From Ignavibacteria bacterium (GTDB lineage: Bacteria > Bacteroidota > Ignavibacteria > UBA10030), in the NCBI GenBank assembly GCA_016873755.1, contig VGWB01000002.1, positions 1 through 48,606 of the forward strand: DNA of 48,606 nucleotides, given 5' to 3'. The notes under the pieces were generated by a model. It worked only from the letters and a program-made list of their open reading frames with translations. It did no database searches and was not told the origin of the DNA. Positions 43,914-48,606 of this stretch are shown in pieces. Position numbers and translations under genes: made by a program. The first letter of the stretch is position 1. Each line of letters begins with the position of its first letter.

Positions 43914-45410
43914 ATGTATCGACGAATCCTCTTTTTTCTTCTCTCCATTTGTCTCCTCGCCTTTTCTATGGGGTGGGGACAGGATGGATTCAAGGCAGTT
44001 CAGAAACAGGTCATTGAGTATCAGCTCAAGAATGGGCTCAAGTTCCTCATCCTGCCACGCCATGACGCGCCCGTGGTTTCGTTCAACACCTATGTTGATG
44101 TCGGATCGGTGAACGAGAACCGAGGCATCACGGGGCTTGCCCATATCTTTGAGCACCTTGCGTTCAAGGGCACATCCGACATCGGCACGAGAGATTTCAA
44201 GAAAGAGAAAGCAGCGCTCGATGCATTGGACAAGGCGTGGGCTGCCTGGCGAGCGGAGGCGAACAAGGGATCGCGCGCCGATTCGACCAAAGTGGGCAAT
44301 CTTCATCAAGCGTTTGAGAAGGCACAGGACGCGGCGTCGGCTCTTGTCGAAAACGGTGAATTCGACAAGGCCCTCGAGGAACAAGGAGGTGTCGGGCTGA
44401 ACGCCGGGACGGGTGCAGACGCTACGCAGTATTACCTGAACCTGCCGTCGAACAAGATCGAGCTTTGGTTCTCGCTCGAGTCGTCACGATTCCTCGATCC
44501 GGTCATTCGCGACTTTTACAAAGAAAAGGATGTGGTGATGGAAGAGCGGAGGATGCGGACCGAGAGCAATCCCATCGGTAAGCTTGTTGAGGAATTCCTT
44601 GCGATCACCTACAAGTCACACCCCTACAAGGAGCCGGTCATCGGCCATATGTCTGATCTTGAGGGGATCACGCGAGACGAAGCGCTGGCCTTCTACAAGA
44701 AGTACTACGTACCGTCCAATATGGTCATCGCCGTCGTGGGTGATGTGGAGGAGAAGCACGTGAAGCGCCTCGCCGACATGTACTTCGGCCGGATTCCATC
44801 GGGATCCAAGCCACCCGGCGTTCGAACGGTCGAACCCGAGCAGCAGAGCGAACGGAAAGTGGTCCTGCGGGAGCAATCGCAGCCGATTCTGTTGGTCGGC
44901 TTCAAGAAAGGATCAGCGATGCACCCGGACGACGCCGTGTACGATGCGATCTCGGACATCTTGAGCTCCGGACGGACCTCACGACTGTACAAATCGCTCG
45001 TGCGAGACAAGAAGCTCGCCATCCAGGCGGCCGGTTTCTCGGGGTTCCCGGGCCAGAAATATCCAAACCTCTTTGCCTTTTTTGCAGTCCCGGCCCAGGG
45101 GAAGACAAACGACGAGTGCCTTGCAGCGATCGATGAGGAGATTGAGAAGTTGAAGAAGGAACCTGTGGGAGACGATGAATTGAACGCGGTGAAAACGCGG
45201 GCGCGCGCGAACCTCATACGGTCGCTGGCATCCAACGCCGGCATGGCCAACCAGCTCACGTTCTATGAAGTCATTCAGGGCGACTGGCGTAACATCTTCA
45301 CGCAGCTGGACAGGATCAATGCGGTCACACCTGCTGACATCCAGCGCGTCGCCAACGAGATCTTTGTGAACTCCAACCGCACGATCGGCACGATCGAGCC
45401 AGCCAAATAA
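43914..45410 (+). CDS. M16-family zinc peptidase (pitrilysin/insulinase-like), catalytic subunit
   Basis: The start is taken at MYRRILFFLLS, after AGGAGG. Inverted zinc motif HIFEH (HxxEH) plus a downstream Glu region. Confidence 0.9.
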   Translation: MYRRILFFLLSICLLAFSMGWGQDGFKAVQKQVIEYQLKNGLKFLILPRHDAPVVSFNTYVDVGSVNENRGITGLAHIFEHLAFKGTSDIGTRDFKKEKAALDALDKAWAAWRAEANKGSRADSTKVGNLHQAFEKAQDAASALVENGEFDKALEEQGGVGLNAGTGADATQYYLNLPSNKIELWFSLESSRFLDPVIRDFYKEKDVVMEERRMRTESNPIGKLVEEFLAITYKSHPYKEPVIGHMSDLEGITRDEALAFYKKYYVPSNMVIAVVGDVEEKHVKRLADMYFGRIPSGSKPPGVRTVEPEQQSERKVVLREQSQPILLVGFKKGSAMHPDDAVYDAISDILSSGRTSRLYKSLVRDKKLAIQAAGFSGFPGQKYPNLFAFFAVPAQGKTNDECLAAIDEEIEKLKKEPVGDDELNAVKTRARANLIRSLASNAGMANQLTFYEVIQGDWRNIFTQLDRINAVTPADIQRVANEIFVNSNRTIGTIEPAK

Positions 45411-45422
45411 GGAGAACCAGCC

Positions 45423-47555
45423 ATGAAAGCACCACGCTTACTCTCAATCGTCACGCTGGTTTTCGCGTTTGTCATTGCCGGCGCCGCCCAGACATCGACT
45501 AGGCCTCAGCACTACAAGAAACTCAAATACCCACCGCTACGCGAGGTCCAGCTCCCTGAGCCGGTGCGATTCACCCTGGCCAACGGCATGGTGGTCTACC
45601 TCCTTGAGGACCACACGCTTCCACTTATTGAGGGCTCCGTTCTTGTCCGCACGGGATCTCGGTACGAACCGGCGGAGAAGGTTGGGCTCGCGTCGATCAC
45701 CGGTCAGGTCATGCGCACCGGGGGCACCACCGCGAAAATGGGGGACGAGTTGGACGAAATGCTTGAGAAGGTCGGCGCATCCGTCGAAACGTACATCGGG
45801 ACGAGCTCAGGGGGGGCGCGACTCTCCGTGCTGAAGGAGGACATCGATCTCGGCCTCAGCGTTCTGGCCGATATTCTCAAGAACCCTGCGTTTCGCGATG
45901 ACAAGATCGATCTCGCCAAAGTGGCAGCGCGTTCGGCCATCTCGCGACGTAACGATCAGGTGATGGCGATCGCCGCTCGCGAATTCAACCGGCTTATCTA
46001 CGGCCCGAACCATCCGTACGCACGGATGACAGAATACACAACGATCGAGAACATCACCAAGCAAGACCTGATTGATTTTCATAAGAAGTACTACGCTCCG
46101 AACAACATGATGCTTGCGCTGTGGGGAGATTTCAGCACGGCGGACATGAGAGCGAAGGTTGAGCTAGCATTCGGTGGGTGGGAGCGAAAAGAAGTAGCTC
46201 TTCCGCCTGTGCCCCAGCCCCGTTTGGCATCTCAGAAAACGGTCAACTACATCAAAAAGGACGACGTCAACCAGTCGAACATCTACATCGGCCACCTCGG
46301 CGGCTTGCTGAACGATCCGGAGGGCAGTCAGCTCAACGTCGCCGATGAAGCCTTGGGGGGCGCGTACGCTTCGCGGTTGTTCAAGAAGGTGCGAACGGAA
46401 CAGGGACTGGCTTACTCGGTTGGCAGCTTCTGGGGCGAGAGCTACGACTACCCTGGTGTCTTCAGGATGAGCGGCTCGACGAAATCAGGCTCCACATTGA
46501 AGATGGTTCGGTCCATCATCACGGAGTTCGAGAATTTCATCAAGAACGGAATCACGGATGAAGAGCTGAAGTATGCCAAGGATTCGTACCTCAACTCGTT
46601 CGTTTTCCGCTACGACACAAAGGGAAAGGTCATCAACGAGCTCATGACGCTCGAGTATTACGGTTATCCGAAGGACTTCATCCGCAAACAACAGCAGGAG
46701 ATTCAGCACGCAACGAAGCAGAGCGTGAACGAGGCCGTGCAGAAGCGGTGGAAACCGGAGGTCCTCTCTATTCTGGTCGTTGGCAAGGATACGGACTTTG
46801 ACGAACCTCTGAGCACACTGGGACCGTCAGTGCGAGCGGTCGATATCGCCATCCCCGCTCCGCCCGAGCGGATCCCCGACCCGACACCCGAGACGATTGC
46901 CAAAGGGAAGGAGATCCTGAAGAAGTCACAGACAGCCATGGGCGCCGCGGCGCTTCTCGGTATCAAGGACGTCGTGCTCGCGGGCAAGCTTACGCAATCG
47001 ACACCGATGGGCGAATTTGCCATGGACGCCGAGATCCAAATGGTGCGACCGACCAAACTGGCTATGCAAATGAAAACACCGATGGGCGACATGCAGATGG
47101 TCTTCGACGGCACAAACGGCTGGGTGAAAGGCGCGATGGGGACGCGGGACCTCCCCGGCTCTCAAACCGAGAATCTGCAGAAGCAGGTCATCGGTGATGT
47201 CCACTATATCTTGCAGAACCTTGAGAGAGCGGACTACACAGCACAGTACTTGCGCGATGAGACGATTGATGGGAAGCCGACAAATATCGTAATCGTCCGA
47301 TACACACCGATGAACTATGCTATACGACTTTTCATCGATGCACAGAGTGGTCTGGTTGTCAAGAAGATCGCGCGGGGTATGAGTGCAACCGGTCCGGCAG
47401 ACATCGAAGAGGCGTTCTTGGATTATCGAACAGCGGACGGCGTACAATTCCCATTCAAGACCACTGCTTCAGCCGACGGTAAGAAGGTCTCGGAAGTCGT
47501 TGCAACGTCGATCAAGGTCAACGGAGGAGTGAAGGAAGAGATATTCAAGAAATAG
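45423..47555 (+). CDS. M16-family peptidase homologue lacking HxxEH (non-catalytic partner), fused to a ~235-aa C-terminal beta-rich domain
   Basis: 710 aa with a signal peptide. M16 N- and C-domains, with ITGQVMRTGGT in place of HxxEH. The extension spans 46848-47552. Confidence 0.85.
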   Translation: MKAPRLLSIVTLVFAFVIAGAAQTSTRPQHYKKLKYPPLREVQLPEPVRFTLANGMVVYLLEDHTLPLIEGSVLVRTGSRYEPAEKVGLASITGQVMRTGGTTAKMGDELDEMLEKVGASVETYIGTSSGGARLSVLKEDIDLGLSVLADILKNPAFRDDKIDLAKVAARSAISRRNDQVMAIAAREFNRLIYGPNHPYARMTEYTTIENITKQDLIDFHKKYYAPNNMMLALWGDFSTADMRAKVELAFGGWERKEVALPPVPQPRLASQKTVNYIKKDDVNQSNIYIGHLGGLLNDPEGSQLNVADEALGGAYASRLFKKVRTEQGLAYSVGSFWGESYDYPGVFRMSGSTKSGSTLKMVRSIITEFENFIKNGITDEELKYAKDSYLNSFVFRYDTKGKVINELMTLEYYGYPKDFIRKQQQEIQHATKQSVNEAVQKRWKPEVLSILVVGKDTDFDEPLSTLGPSVRAVDIAIPAPPERIPDPTPETIAKGKEILKKSQTAMGAAALLGIKDVVLAGKLTQSTPMGEFAMDAEIQMVRPTKLAMQMKTPMGDMQMVFDGTNGWVKGAMGTRDLPGSQTENLQKQVIGDVHYILQNLERADYTAQYLRDETIDGKPTNIVIVRYTPMNYAIRLFIDAQSGLVVKKIARGMSATGPADIEEAFLDYRTADGVQFPFKTTASADGKKVSEVVATSIKVNGGVKEEIFKK

Positions 47556-47647
47556 CCGACGATTCTGTGCCAGCGGCGCATCTCCCCCGAAGGCAACTGG
47601 GACTATTGCTCGCGCGCTTGGATTTCCGGTTGAATTCCGAGGTTGGA

Positions 47648-47674
47648 ACGGAAAAGGTGACGCTTCTTTTCCGT
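47648..47674. terminator. Hairpin between convergent genes (weak terminator candidate)
   Basis: ACGGAAAAG-9 nt-CTTTTCCGT, with no clear U-tract on either strand. Confidence 0.3.
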
Positions 47675-47698
47675 CCTCGATGCGGGGAGGTGAGGCTA

Positions 47699-48606
47699 TC
47701 AATTCCCTTTCTTCACGGTGAACTTAAAGGCGCTGCCTTTCCCGACTTCGCTCTCGACCCAGATCCTCCCGCCGTGAGCCTTGATGATCTCACGGCAGAT
47801 CCATAGACCGAGACCCGAGCCTTTGATCTTGCCTGCCTCACCGGAGTCAACGCGCGTATACTTCTGGAAGAGTCTGCCGACGTACTCCTCTGGTATCCCA
47901 AGCCCCTCATCGCACACCGAGAAGAGCACTTCCTCTGGCGAACCTTCGTGGGGACCAACGGTTACCGAAATTTGCCCCCCTCCCGGGGAATACTTGACGG
48001 CATTCGAGATCAGGTTTTGCAGCACCTGACGCAGTTTGCTCTGGTCCCCGCGTACGTAGGAATGGTTCACATCGACAGTAGAAACAAACGTATGCCGTGC
48101 ACTGATTTTGACCATCGAGACCGCTTCCTGGATGATGGACTCGACGTTCGCCACCTTGAATTGATAGTTGAGCTGTCCCGACTCGATCTTTGCAATCGAA
48201 AGCGTGTCTTCCGCCAGTTTGCTGAGCTTGCTCGCCTGATCGACGATGATATTAAGATACTCCCGGAGGCGATCAGAACTGATTTCTCTCCGCAGGAGCG
48301 ACTTCGCCGCGAGCATGATGGTGGACAGCGGTGTGCGAAAATCGTGCGAGACGATGCCGACAAAGTCCGTTTTCAGCCGATCCAATTCCACCAGCCGCTG
48401 ATTGCTCTTCTTGATCTGGTCGAACAGCTTGGCGTTGCGAATAGCACTTCCGATCTGGTCACAGAGCGTCCTGAGCACAACCACGTCCGTTTCGTCGAAG
48501 GCATACAGCTTGGTATCTTCCACATTGAGCACGCCGACGACTTCGTTCCCGATCATGATGGGAAGAGCAAGTTCTGAGTTCGTGTTATGATACTGGTAGG
48601 CGAGGT
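47699..48606 (-). CDS. Sensor histidine kinase (GAF-HisKA-HATPase_c), 5' end beyond the window
   Basis: The frame stays open to the window edge (LAYQYHNTNSELALPIMIGNEVVGVLNVED, GAF-like). H-box VSHDFRTPL, N-box NLISNAVKY, G1 DEGLGI and G2 GSGLGL. Confidence 0.9.
   Translation of the reverse strand, partial: LAYQYHNTNSELALPIMIGNEVVGVLNVEDTKLYAFDETDVVVLRTLCDQIGSAIRNAKLFDQIKKSNQRLVELDRLKTDFVGIVSHDFRTPLSTIMLAAKSLLRREISSDRLREYLNIIVDQASKLSKLAEDTLSIAKIESGQLNYQFKVANVESIIQEAVSMVKISARHTFVSTVDVNHSYVRGDQSKLRQVLQNLISNAVKYSPGGGQISVTVGPHEGSPEEVLFSVCDEGLGIPEEYVGRLFQKYTRVDSGEAGKIKGSGLGLWICREIIKAHGGRIWVESEVGKGSAFKFTVKKGN

Overview
Densely coded 48.6-kb bacterial chromosomal window. Most starts have Shine-Dalgarno-type RBSs, and G+C is moderately high by hand-sampling. 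The taxon cannot be fixed from sequence alone. (1) 1-9.4 kb is a minus-strand, tightly coupled light-response cluster. It runs from a B12-dependent CarH/LitR-type MerR regulator (Wx9EH signature) through folE, crtB, an acyltransferase, a GT2 glycosyltransferase, a CruF-like membrane protein, a CrtI-family desaturase and a photolyase, into a further FAD oxidoreductase that runs off the window. folD lies immediately upstream. (2) 9.5-25.3 kb holds a YmdB-type phosphoesterase, an ECF sigma/anti-sigma pair with twin divergent ECF-type promoters, several secreted hydrolases and peptidases, glnA, an APC permease, and a 217-bp MITE-like element with perfect 15-bp terminal inverted repeats and a 9-bp target duplication. 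(3) 26.4-29.9 kb is the most interesting part: a low-GC island of four co-oriented genes. These are vapB, vapC, a double-HTH protein, and a 4-nt-overlapping 597-aa divergent GHKL (MORC/Hsp90/MutL-like) ATPase ending in an AT-hook. I cannot assign the HTH/ATPase pair to a named system. A second copy of the nested-palindrome repeat bounds the island. (4) 30-48.6 kb is housekeeping: aldehyde dehydrogenase, a VOC protein with a polybasic tail, a CDP-alcohol transferase plus GtrA, an HpcH aldolase, ispG, a rhomboid protease, pgk, gap, comF, uvrB, an M16 peptidase pair and a partial GAF histidine kinase. Two apparent coding lesions are visible: an in-frame TGA in the acyltransferase and a 1-nt frameshift near the 3' end of pgk. 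Several repeat and hairpin families are also present. Many long antisense ORFs in the track are shadow ORFs.
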